From positions 1 to 54,394 of the forward strand of contig DATLMR010000369.1 in the NCBI GenBank assembly GCA_035537555.1: a stretch of DNA of 54,394 nucleotides. The letters run 5' to 3'. The DNA is from Blastocatellia bacterium (GTDB taxonomy: Bacteria; Acidobacteriota; Blastocatellia; UBA7656). The notes under the pieces are model-generated. The model did not search any database. It had not been told where the DNA came from and saw only the letters and a list, made by a program, of their open reading frames with translations. Shown in pieces: positions 17,193-26,492 of the stretch (position 1 is the first letter of the stretch; every line of letters starts with the position of its first letter). The translations under genes and the position numbers were made by a program.

Positions 17193-19298
17193 ATGAAGGT
17201 CTACGACACCAAGGAGATTAGAAACGTTGGCATTGTAGGTCACGGCCACGTTGGGAAGACTTCGTTAGTATCGGCAATGCTTTTTGATACAGGTGCGACT
17301 AACAGGCTGGGTCGCGTGGACGAAGGCTCAACTGTGACCGATTACGATGAAGAAGAGATCGCAAGAAAGACTACCATCCACAGCTCGCTGGCCCATTGCG
17401 ATTGGAAGGGGACCAAGATCAACCTGATCGACACTCCGGGTTTTGCGGCCTTCATCCTGGACGCGAAGGCCGCCCTTCGAGCCTGCGACGCCGCGATCGT
17501 CCTCGTGGATGCGGTCAACGGGGTCGAGGTTCAAACGGAGAAGGCCTGGAGCTTTGCGAGCGAATACGAAATCCCCCGCATGATCGTGATCAACAAGCTG
17601 GACCGCGAGCGGGCCGATTTCACTCGCACCGTAGCCAATGTCAACGAGGTATTCGGTCGTGAAGCGGTGCCGCTCCAGCTCCCGATCGGCAGCGAGCTGA
17701 ATTTCAAGGGCGTGATAGACCTCATCCATATGAAAGCCTATACGTATGAAAACGACGGTAACGGCACTCCCACCGAGGGCGAGATTCCGGGCGATTTGAG
17801 AGAGGCCGCCGAGGCGGCGCGCGAAAAGATCATCGATATAGTGGCCGAGAGCGCCGAAGATTTGATGGAGAAGTATTTTGCCGAAGGCACTCTGAGCGAC
17901 GAGGACCTGATCCCCGGCCTCAAGGCCGCCGTTCGCGAGGGGCGGCTCTACCCGATATTCGCCGCCTCGGCTTCTCTCAATATAGGCATCCAGCCGCTCT
18001 TGACCGAGATAGTCGAGCTCGGCCCCGCGCCCGACGAGCTTGGCCCCGTCAAGGGGCACCCTTCAGCCGACAGCGACGAGGTCATCGAGCGAGAAGTGAA
18101 CAACCTTGCTCCCGTCTCGGGCTACGTCTTCAAGACCATCGCGGACCCCTTCGCCGGCAGGATCACCGTGATGAAGCTCATCTCGGGTACGCTCAAGTCC
18201 GACGTTACGTGCTATAACGCCGTCAAGAACACGCAAGAGAGGCTCGGGCCGCTTCACGTCCTCCTGGGCAAGAGTCTGGAGAAGATCCCCGAGGCGAAGG
18301 CGGGCGACATAATCGCCGTGACCAAACTGAGGGAGACGACTACCGGAGACACGTTCGCCGACAAGGCCATGCCGATCGTTTACGACTCGGTGAGCTTTCC
18401 GACGCCCGCCATTTCATTCGCGATCGCGCCGAAATCGCGCAACGACGAAGACAAGCTCTCGCAATCGATTCACAAGATGCTTGAGGAAGACCTCACGCTC
18501 AAATTCGACCGCGACCCGCTCACAAAGGAGTTCCTGCTTGCCGGCTCGGGCCAGACCCACATCGAGGTGGCCGTGAATAAGCTGAAGAAGCGATACGGGG
18601 TCGAGGTCGAGCTGCATCCTCCGAAGGTCGCGTACTTCGAAACCTTCAGAGGGCGCGCGGAGATCGTGGGCCGCCACAAGAAGCAGACCGGCGGGCGCGG
18701 CCAGTTCGCGGAAGCCACGTGCGTCTTCGAAGGCCTGCCGCGCGGGGGGGGATTCGAGTTCGTGGATAAGATATTCGGAGGCGCGATCCCGCAGCAATGG
18801 AGACCGGCCGTCGAAAAGGGCGTCAAGGATGCCGCCGCGAAGGGCGCGATAGCCGGTTACCCGATGGTCGATTTCAAAGTCGAGCTGACCGACGGGAAGT
18901 TCCACGCCGTCGACTCCGACGATCTCTCCTTCCAGATGGCTGGGAGAAAAGCCTTCCGCATGGCGGTAGAGAAAGTAAAGCCCGTGCTGCTGGAGCCTGT
19001 GATGAATGTCGAGATCACCGCCCCGCAGGAGGCCTCGGGCGACATACTCGGAGACATCAACTCGAGGCGCGGCAGGGTCCAGGGCATGGACACCCGGGGA
19101 ACCCAGTCGGTCGTCAAGGCGCAGGTTCCGCTTTCAGAGATGCTCTCATATCAATCGACGCTCAACTCGATCACGGGCGCGCGCGGCTCCTACACCATGG
19201 AGCTGGATCACTACGATGAGGTGCCGGCCCAGATCGCGCAGAAGATAATTCAGAAGGCGGTCGATGAAGGCCGCGTCAGGACCCACGAAGAAGAATGA
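17193..19298 (+). CDS. Elongation factor G paralogue (EF-G2 / EFG-II type)
   Basis: 701 aa. P-loop GHGHVGKT, NKLD, KKQTGGRGQF, and C-terminal domains IV/V. It is not in an rpsL-rpsG-fusA-tuf context. Switch II reads DTPGFAAF rather than DTPGHVDF. Confidence 0.85.
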   Translation: MKVYDTKEIRNVGIVGHGHVGKTSLVSAMLFDTGATNRLGRVDEGSTVTDYDEEEIARKTTIHSSLAHCDWKGTKINLIDTPGFAAFILDAKAALRACDAAIVLVDAVNGVEVQTEKAWSFASEYEIPRMIVINKLDRERADFTRTVANVNEVFGREAVPLQLPIGSELNFKGVIDLIHMKAYTYENDGNGTPTEGEIPGDLREAAEAAREKIIDIVAESAEDLMEKYFAEGTLSDEDLIPGLKAAVREGRLYPIFAASASLNIGIQPLLTEIVELGPAPDELGPVKGHPSADSDEVIEREVNNLAPVSGYVFKTIADPFAGRITVMKLISGTLKSDVTCYNAVKNTQERLGPLHVLLGKSLEKIPEAKAGDIIAVTKLRETTTGDTFADKAMPIVYDSVSFPTPAISFAIAPKSRNDEDKLSQSIHKMLEEDLTLKFDRDPLTKEFLLAGSGQTHIEVAVNKLKKRYGVEVELHPPKVAYFETFRGRAEIVGRHKKQTGGRGQFAEATCVFEGLPRGGGFEFVDKIFGGAIPQQWRPAVEKGVKDAAAKGAIAGYPMVDFKVELTDGKFHAVDSDDLSFQMAGRKAFRMAVEKVKPVLLEPVMNVEITAPQEASGDILGDINSRRGRVQGMDTRGTQSVVKAQVPLSEMLSYQSTLNSITGARGSYTMELDHYDEVPAQIAQKIIQKAVDEGRVRTHEEE

Positions 19299-19344
19299 TC
19301 GAGAGGGGTGCCGGAGCGATCGTGCCCGGCACCCTCATAATCAC

Positions 19345-20223
19345 ATGTCCATTCTCCTGATTTTCATCGACGGTATAGGCATCGGCACCCGCGGAGAACA
19401 GAATCCTCTCGATGGAATGGCCGGAAACCTCCTGGGAGTATTTCAAGGAGAGGACCCGCACCTTCCCTTCGACGGGAAGAGCGTCCCGACCGACGCCGCC
19501 CTCGGCGTGGAAGGCTTGCCGCAGAGCGCGACCGGACAGACGGCCATCCTAACGGGAGTCAACGCGCCGAAGTTGATAGGCCGTCATTTGAGCGGCTACC
19601 CCTCGCCGCGCCTGAAGAAAGCCCTCGCGGACCACTCGATCTACAAACAACTGGCAGCCATTGGGCGCACTTCGACCTTCGCCAATGCCTATACAAGAAC
19701 CTATTTCGAGAACAGGCCCCGGTTCGTCTCCGCGACCACCGTGGCGGCCGAGTCGGCGGGGCTACGCCTGCGCATGCTGGAGGACCTTGAAGCGGGCGAG
19801 GCCGTCTTTCACGATTTCACGAACCGGCACCTTATCGAGATGGGATATGAAGTCCCTCTCTGCGAGCCTCGTGAAGCGGGCGAACGGCTTGCCCGCCTGT
19901 CGGCAAAGCACGACTTTACCCTTTACGAGCACTTCATAACGGACCGCATAGGTCATCTACAGGACAGAGGCCTAGCGCGCGCGCACCTGCCGAGGCTCGC
20001 CGCCTTCATCGAAGCGACTCTGAAGGCCACGGACCTGAGCCGCCAGACCGTCATCATCACGAGCGACCATGGGAACATCGAAGACCTTAAGACTCGCAGC
20101 CACACGATGAACCCGGTCGCGACGATGGCCTTCGGCCTTGCGCGCGATAGGATAATCGCACGCGTCCGCGCCCTCACGGACATCGCGCCGGCGATCATCG
20201 ATCTTCTCGCCCCGGCCTGGTAG
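19345..20223 (+). CDS. Alkaline-phosphatase-superfamily metalloenzyme (phosphopentomutase / iPGM-like)
   Basis: Start taken at MSILLIFIDGIGIG. SATGQTAILTG carries the candidate nucleophile region, and ITSDHGNIED is the metal-binding motif. Confidence 0.6.
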   Translation: MSILLIFIDGIGIGTRGEQNPLDGMAGNLLGVFQGEDPHLPFDGKSVPTDAALGVEGLPQSATGQTAILTGVNAPKLIGRHLSGYPSPRLKKALADHSIYKQLAAIGRTSTFANAYTRTYFENRPRFVSATTVAAESAGLRLRMLEDLEAGEAVFHDFTNRHLIEMGYEVPLCEPREAGERLARLSAKHDFTLYEHFITDRIGHLQDRGLARAHLPRLAAFIEATLKATDLSRQTVIITSDHGNIEDLKTRSHTMNPVATMAFGLARDRIIARVRALTDIAPAIIDLLAPAW

Positions 20224-20235
20224 GTCTCCGGGAGG

Positions 20236-20889
20236 TCAAGGGGCTCCCACCGGAGGCGGGTGGCCCTGGTTCGGCAGAAAGTAGCTTTCCTTCGGGTCCA
20301 GGTCGAGCGCCTTCGCGTAGAACATCTCGGCTGTACGGTCCTCCGCAAGAATCTCTATGTCGACCCTTCTCTTGGCCCGAGCCGTGCGAGAGCTGTACAA
20401 GTCGAGCCCGCCCCCGTCTTTCAGGGACAATACGCCGTCATCGCCCAGGTCGAATTCGATGACGATGTCGTGAGCAATCGGCCCGAACTTCTTGCTCCCG
20501 ATCTTCTGGCCCCCAAGCATCTCGTAGAAGTTACGCTCTTTCACCCCCGAGCACCTGAAATGGCCCGAGTCGAAGCTGATTATAGTCTCGAAGGAGCCCG
20601 GGAGCAGTTTCGGGGGCGTTTTTCCGTCGTAGAGCTGCGATAGTCTGAGCAGCTTGCTGCCCATGCAATTCGAGAAAGGGACGATCTGCTTTCGGGTGAT
20701 GCCCCCTTCCAGGCGCACATCAAGAATCTTGCCGATCTGGGCCGGCTCATAGCTTGAGGCCTCTTCCCCGTCCACATAAATAACTATCCGGGGCTGAAAG
20801 TACCCGACTTTTATCGATGTATAGGGCTCTTTCAGCCCTTCGAGCAAGAGGACCCCGCTGTCGAGAACGACCGTCGCTTGTATCGCCAT
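20236..20889 (-). CDS. Hypothetical 217-aa beta-rich protein, no recognisable family
   Basis: ATG at 20889 is preceded by AAGGAG with a 5-nt spacer. The listed TTG extension to 20952 is unlikely. No motif is recognised. It lies 310 nt downstream of the CHAT gene on the same strand. Confidence 0.6.
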   Translation of the reverse strand: MAIQATVVLDSGVLLLEGLKEPYTSIKVGYFQPRIVIYVDGEEASSYEPAQIGKILDVRLEGGITRKQIVPFSNCMGSKLLRLSQLYDGKTPPKLLPGSFETIISFDSGHFRCSGVKERNFYEMLGGQKIGSKKFGPIAHDIVIEFDLGDDGVLSLKDGGGLDLYSSRTARAKRRVDIEILAEDRTAEMFYAKALDLDPKESYFLPNQGHPPPVGAP

Positions 20890-21199
20890 ACATACTCCTT
20901 TGCTTCTCCAATCGTAGTCAGCCTGGAACAACGACTGAGTTAGAGGAATCAAGCAGGTTGTTTCCGCCTGCTTTATGGTATTTGGACGGAAAGCAGAACG
21001 AGTCTGATTTGCTGATTGGTGAAAAGTTATCCGGCCGTTTTTCAGGGACCTCCGGCTGATTCCGGCTGGAGTACTGATCTCGGCGAGATTAGCGCTCCAA
21101 TGTGTTCAATATTATTGACCGGGCTCGCGTTCCAACAAGAACGGTTAAAGGGATCCGGTAGATCGCCCTTTCATTAACCCCGTTCGTGAAGAGGAGAAA

Positions 21200-24100
21200 C
21201 TAATTGTTCCCCCCGACGACAATAAATGGAGCCCAATAATATGGATGGTTATACGGCTCCGGTCCATGCGCCATTGAGATCTGGGCATTACGCAACGCAT
21301 CGCCAGCCCCGAGGTGGCCCTTCTTGCGCTCGCTATGAAAGTCTATCATCAGAGTGGATGTCACCCGCGAATTGACTGCCCAAAGGCTCGCAAGGACAGT
21401 AGGGACGTTCGAGGCTAAGAAAGGCCGGACTAGACTCACCATTCCCTCACCTTTGTAGTACTGCCCCAGGCCGCTCTGGCAGCCAGATAATACCACCAAA
21501 CGCGTGTGAGTCAAACCAAAATTGTAGATCTCCGACAGATAGAGCAGGCCGTCTTCGGAGTCGGATGATGTCTCTCTCGGAATGGCGCGAATGTGGCTCG
21601 CGGAGCCCGAATTATCCCCGGTTTCTTCCGAATTCGGCCCGCCGCGCGGCGGCTCCCCGGACGTCGCGGCGAGCACGATGGCGGCGAGCCACGGGGATCG
21701 CTCCTCGACGAGCACGTGAAGCGCGAAGTGGGCAACGTCACAGTCTCTGATCGCCGTCTGTACGCGCTGTTCGGTGGCGTTGCTTTTCGAGAGCATTATC
21801 GAATCGAGAGAATAGAGTTCTTTGATCTTGTTTGCTTCTCCCTCGGTATCGTAAATGTCTTGAAGCTGTGGAAACTTCTCGCGAGAGAAAGTGGCATTGG
21901 CTACGATGAGCAGCCGCTCGGCGTCAGTCGCCGGCATCTCGTCGGCTTTTTTCAATGACTCGAGGAGCACGGATGCCGACGGGGCATTCGTGAGGGTGAA
22001 CGACTCCATCAGGTAGCGGCCGTTCTCGTCTACAAGGGCGGCCATCGGAACCAGGTTCAGAGACTTGTCCGGTACGATGCATAGGTTGGTCTTGTCAGGT
22101 ATCCATTCTCTTACGGGTCCGACGAGGTCACGGTAGAGCTTCAGGGCCCTCCTGTTCACTTCATTCAAATCACTCTTGTTATCGATCTCGGCGAGATAAT
22201 CTTTCACGTCTCTTTCGATGTCGGCGGACTTGAGTCGAAGGCTCTTCCAATTGAGGTTCTTCCTGTCCACCACGAAGGCGAAGGTGTCTTCGGGTGTGAC
22301 CGTGTACATAAGCAGCACGAGACCGGGCGGCATGCGGCTTTGAATCTCTCGCAGCTTGAGCGGCTGCACGGTGGGCCTCGAAGGCGGAGGGTTCGTCAGG
22401 TGGGTGCTGGTTTTTCTGACGGCTGAAGCCGGTTGCTTTCGCTCCTTCGCGAATATATCGTCGAGGAGGCTCCGCGCGCGCGAAACCTCTGCGAAGTCGA
22501 ATGCCGTCGCGGCATTTCCGAAATCCTGAATCTCAAGCGAGACTCTCTGATCGAAAACGCTTTGAACCGCGTCGAGGTAGCTCGTCCGGTTCCCGCTTTC
22601 CCGGATGCCGGCCCTGTATCCTTCGATCAAAGCGCCGGCGGTATCCAGACTGGCGCGCGCCTTCCGGGACTCGCCCATCCTGGCGGAGGCTTCCGAGAGC
22701 CCGCGCAGGGCCCTGATCCGGAGTGTTACATCGCCTTTTTCTTTCGCCGCCTTGTCCGCCGCCGATGAGAAATAATCGAGGGCGCGCTTGAGATCGTTCC
22801 TTTGCAAGGCGATCTCTCCGGCTCTGATCAGGACCAGCTTCTCTGAATTTCTCCTCGACTTTTCGTCCAGCGTCGGCAAAACGTTTACGGCCCGTGCGAG
22901 GGATTCTTCGGACGCGTCAAACATGCCGAGGTTGGCCTCTTCCGTCGCCTTTAGGGCAAGGGCTTCCGTTACGTAATGGCGTCCGTCTCCCAGCTCGAAG
23001 AATCTGAGCGCCTGGTCCGCGTTCTGGTATGCCAGGGAGTGGTTCTTATACCCGAAGTAAATGTCCGCGATGGTCAGGTAATTGTACCCGATATCAACGT
23101 AGAGCGAGTACATCGTATCGGCGTCGAAAGCGCCCGCCATGAACGTATCGGTGGATCGGCGAAGGTAGTTTAGCGCCCTGCCGAAGTTTCCCAGCTTCCA
23201 ATAGGCTGTGCCGATGGACTGGAGCGCCTTCCCCTGCATCGTGGGCCTCTCTTTGAAGGTCTCCATCGCCTCGTCGCACAGGCTGATGACGAGGGACAGC
23301 TTCCCGACATCCAAATACGCATTTCCGAGCTGTACGAGAATGCTGGAGCGCAGGAGCGGCCACTCGTGTTGGTCGAGCGTCACGACCATGGGTTGAAGCA
23401 GCTCTATTACCTCGTGGTACTGGTTCCGGACGCTAAGCGGGATAGAGCGAGAGAATTCGGCCAGTATCATCAAATTGAGATTGCCTCGCCTCCGGCACTC
23501 GTTGGAGATGCGATCCAGAGCAGGAAGACTGAACGGGTCCAGAGCGCGGGCCCTCCGGGTAGCTTCCCAGTAATCTCTTGCTAGATTCTTCTCGTTCTCG
23601 ACCTCGTTTTCCGGGACACTTTGTAAGTATGCGTAGAGCTCCTTGAGGAAGGAGTCGTTCTTCCTCTCCAAGAACAGAGGGCCCAATATATTCATCCGGC
23701 TCAGCAGCGCGGAGGCCCGGTCGGAATCGCTATTCAGTCTCGCCTCCAGATACTGTTTGGGCAGCTCCTTCAGGGCATAAACCCATATGCTCTCGAATGA
23801 CCTGTCGAGAATCTGATTTCGACCGTCGAAATCTCCCGCGGCGGCTGCCTTCTCGAGGATCAAGACGGGGTCTTCATCCGGTTTCCGAGGCTGGAGGAGG
23901 CTCGCCACTTCTTCCATTCTCGTATCGATTTCCGAGAGCCATCCCGGGTCCCTTTCGATCTCCTTCAGGCGGTAGAAGTCCCTCATGGCGGCGGCGAGCA
24001 GATACATTTTTTGATAACAGACCGCCCTGTTGAAGAGGGGTTCGGGCATGTCATCCGCGAGCTTTATCGCATTCTCGAACTTTTCAACCGCCCCTGCCAG

Positions 24101-24577
24101 ATCGCCATGCTCGAACAGGTACACGCCTGTTTCGTTCTGGACTTCGGCGTTTTCCGGAAACCTGACGAGCAGCTCGTCCAGATGCTCCTTCGCCTTGTCG
24201 CTCGATCTTTCGCAGACCGCGAGGCGAGCATAGCCGAGCCTCGATTCAACGTCATTGCCCCTCGTCGCCTGCTCCAATATCAATCTGCGCGCGTGCTCAA
24301 GGTCGGCGAGGTTCACAAGGCCGCGTTCCTTCCCGTCGGGCACAAACGGCCCCGGGCGAAATCCTCCCGAAAGGCGCAGCTCTACCGGCCGCGACTTGCT
24401 GTAAGCGCTGACGAGGAGCGGCATCGCCTTCGCGACCGCGAAATCGGTCTTGAAGGGCAGGTATCTAATGCCGAGCGTGACGAGCGCGACGGTTGCGAGA
24501 AAGACGCCGGCCAGCTGCCAGGTTACAAAGATTCTCGGAGACTTCGCGGCGGACGGCATTCTTCTAGATGCGCTCAT
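21200..24577 (-). CDS. Membrane-anchored TPR-repeat CHAT-domain (caspase-like) protease
   Basis: 1125 aa. N-terminal TM (WQLAGVFLATVALVTLGI), a long TPR-like helical repeat region, then a C-terminal CHAT domain with DVAHFALH (His954) and VVLSGCQSG (Cys1033, codon 21479..21481). Confidence 0.85.
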   Translation of the reverse strand: MSASRRMPSAAKSPRIFVTWQLAGVFLATVALVTLGIRYLPFKTDFAVAKAMPLLVSAYSKSRPVELRLSGGFRPGPFVPDGKERGLVNLADLEHARRLILEQATRGNDVESRLGYARLAVCERSSDKAKEHLDELLVRFPENAEVQNETGVYLFEHGDLAGAVEKFENAIKLADDMPEPLFNRAVCYQKMYLLAAAMRDFYRLKEIERDPGWLSEIDTRMEEVASLLQPRKPDEDPVLILEKAAAAGDFDGRNQILDRSFESIWVYALKELPKQYLEARLNSDSDRASALLSRMNILGPLFLERKNDSFLKELYAYLQSVPENEVENEKNLARDYWEATRRARALDPFSLPALDRISNECRRRGNLNLMILAEFSRSIPLSVRNQYHEVIELLQPMVVTLDQHEWPLLRSSILVQLGNAYLDVGKLSLVISLCDEAMETFKERPTMQGKALQSIGTAYWKLGNFGRALNYLRRSTDTFMAGAFDADTMYSLYVDIGYNYLTIADIYFGYKNHSLAYQNADQALRFFELGDGRHYVTEALALKATEEANLGMFDASEESLARAVNVLPTLDEKSRRNSEKLVLIRAGEIALQRNDLKRALDYFSSAADKAAKEKGDVTLRIRALRGLSEASARMGESRKARASLDTAGALIEGYRAGIRESGNRTSYLDAVQSVFDQRVSLEIQDFGNAATAFDFAEVSRARSLLDDIFAKERKQPASAVRKTSTHLTNPPPSRPTVQPLKLREIQSRMPPGLVLLMYTVTPEDTFAFVVDRKNLNWKSLRLKSADIERDVKDYLAEIDNKSDLNEVNRRALKLYRDLVGPVREWIPDKTNLCIVPDKSLNLVPMAALVDENGRYLMESFTLTNAPSASVLLESLKKADEMPATDAERLLIVANATFSREKFPQLQDIYDTEGEANKIKELYSLDSIMLSKSNATEQRVQTAIRDCDVAHFALHVLVEERSPWLAAIVLAATSGEPPRGGPNSEETGDNSGSASHIRAIPRETSSDSEDGLLYLSEIYNFGLTHTRLVVLSGCQSGLGQYYKGEGMVSLVRPFLASNVPTVLASLWAVNSRVTSTLMIDFHSERKKGHLGAGDALRNAQISMAHGPEPYNHPYYWAPFIVVGGNN

Positions 24578-24777
24578 AGTATGGAGGCTCCTTGTTAGTT
24601 GTGGCTTCTGTATAACACAGGTTTGAGGATTAAAAAAACAAAAAACCTCCTTCGACGTTCTGATTTGTTAGCCCGCCATCGCTCCCCGCGGGAGAGTCTC
24701 TGCAAGGGCAGGTTGACATCGACCATTAGGGTGAATTACGGTCTTTCTTTGTCAAACAGGAGCGGACTTCTCTGATT

Positions 24778-26478
24778 ATGATCGATAAGAAAATAAGGCA
24801 GGCTGCCTCTTTCATACTGTCGCTCGCGATTCTACTCGTCCCGGCCCCGTCGAGGGGGCAGGCTCGAAAAGCGCCCGAGCGAGCCGGGAACGGAAGCTCG
24901 AAGCCGAGGCTCGCGGTCGTCATCGTCATCGACCAGTTTCGCTATGACTATCTCGAGAGGTTCCTCCCCTATTTCGGCAAGAACGGGTTTCGCAGGCTGA
25001 TCTCGCAGGGCGCTCTGTTTGCTAATGCCAATTATAATTATGTGCCTACGTACACCGCTCCCGGACACGCCTCCATCTTTACGGGCTCGGTACCCGCGCA
25101 GAATGGGATCGTAGGAAATAGCTGGTTCGACAGGGGAACCGGAGCCATGCGGGTGATGGTATCGGATTCGTCGGCCCGGCTGGTCAACGATTCCGGAGTG
25201 ACCGGCGACCCGGGGGCCGCGAGCCCTCGCGCGCTGATCGGGACGACCATAGGCGATCAGCTGCGACTTTCGAACAACCTGCTCTCGAAGGTCGTCGCGG
25301 TGTCTCTGAAAGACCGCAGCGCCGTATTGCCCGGCGGGCAGAGGCCCAACGGGGCGTTCTGGTATAGCGATGTCACCGGCACCTTCGTGTCGAGCGACTA
25401 TTACTCCAGGGAGCTGCCGGAGTGGGTAAGGCGGTTCAATGCGGCCCGGCGGCCAGATAAGTATTTCAATGCGAAATGGGATCGCCTCTTGCCCGCCGAC
25501 GCTTACAAAGCGTCGCAGTCCTCGACCCTACCGGTCCAGCGCTCGCCGCTCGGCAAGGGCTTCCCTTATGTCGTAAACGGGGGGCTGGGGGCTCCGGGGC
25601 AGAAATTCTATGACGCCTTCGAGTTCACTCCTTTCGCGTCGGAATATCTCGCCGATTTTTCTAAAGCGGCGGTAGAGGCTGAGGCTCTGGGCGCGGATGA
25701 CCACACTGACCTGCTGTCGGTCAGCTTCTCATCTCCTGATCTTGTGGGCCATTCTTTCGGCCCGGACAGCCCCGAGATTCTCGACATATACGCGCGCCTC
25801 GATCTGGTGATCGCCGACCTCGTCGATTACTTCGATAAGCGAGTCGGCCTTGCGAATATGGTCATCGCGGTCACGGGCGACCATGGAGTGTCGCCGGTCC
25901 CCGAGTACGCGGCCTCGGTCGGTATGGATGCCAATCGCATCAGCAGCAGGGTTGTGCTCGACGCCGTCAACAAGGCGCTCGCGGATCGTTTCGGCGAAGG
26001 GAAGTGGGTGCTTGGTTTCGTCAACGACCAGATCTACCTGAACCTCGACCTGATCGCGGAGAAGAAGCTCTCCCCGGCCTCATTCGAAGCTGCGGCCGGA
26101 GAGGCGGCATTGAAGGTTACAGGGATAGTGAACTTCTTTACGCGGTCGCAGATAGTCGAAGGGCGCATGCCGCAGAGCAGGCTCGCAAGGCTTGTCGCGA
26201 ACGGTTTCAATCGAGAGCGCTCGGGCGACATCTGGATCGTGACACGGCCTTTCTATTTCATAAGCGAAGGGCTCCTCGCAACAACGCACGGCTCGCCATA
26301 TAATTATGATACGCACGTTCCGGTGCTCTTTTTCGGACGCGGAGTGAGGGCGGGCAAGTTCTTCGTCGAGGCCTCGCCTTCAGACATTGCCCCCACTCTC
26401 GCGGCGCTTCTGGGCGTCGAGCCTCCCTCGAATGTCGTGGGGCGGGCTCTAGTCGACGCGCTGGCCGAGCGGGAATAG
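24778..26478 (+). CDS. Secreted alkaline phosphatase family protein (PafA / NPP-like)
   Basis: Signal peptide, then VVIVIDQFRYDYLERF, TYTAPGHASIFTG (Thr nucleophile region), GDHG and TTHGSPYNYDTHVP. Confidence 0.8.
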   Translation: MIDKKIRQAASFILSLAILLVPAPSRGQARKAPERAGNGSSKPRLAVVIVIDQFRYDYLERFLPYFGKNGFRRLISQGALFANANYNYVPTYTAPGHASIFTGSVPAQNGIVGNSWFDRGTGAMRVMVSDSSARLVNDSGVTGDPGAASPRALIGTTIGDQLRLSNNLLSKVVAVSLKDRSAVLPGGQRPNGAFWYSDVTGTFVSSDYYSRELPEWVRRFNAARRPDKYFNAKWDRLLPADAYKASQSSTLPVQRSPLGKGFPYVVNGGLGAPGQKFYDAFEFTPFASEYLADFSKAAVEAEALGADDHTDLLSVSFSSPDLVGHSFGPDSPEILDIYARLDLVIADLVDYFDKRVGLANMVIAVTGDHGVSPVPEYAASVGMDANRISSRVVLDAVNKALADRFGEGKWVLGFVNDQIYLNLDLIAEKKLSPASFEAAAGEAALKVTGIVNFFTRSQIVEGRMPQSRLARLVANGFNRERSGDIWIVTRPFYFISEGLLATTHGSPYNYDTHVPVLFFGRGVRAGKFFVEASPSDIAPTLAALLGVEPPSNVVGRALVDALAERE

Positions 26479-26492
26479 TCTCAGTGGTACTT

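Noticed and set aside
18744-18751. A G8 homopolymer inside the EF-G2 gene as a possible slipped-strand phase-variation site.
   Set aside because: It encodes an in-frame Gly-Gly-Gly (PRGGGF) in a conserved region. There is no evidence of frameshifting, and such runs are common in high-GC coding DNA.
20236-20889. Calling the 217-aa protein a bacterial gasdermin because it neighbours a CHAT protease.
   Set aside because: I recognise no sequence feature of gasdermins, and there is no N-terminal Cys. The gene lies downstream of the protease after a 310-nt gap, not upstream in a tight operon. I keep it only as a hypothesis to test structurally.
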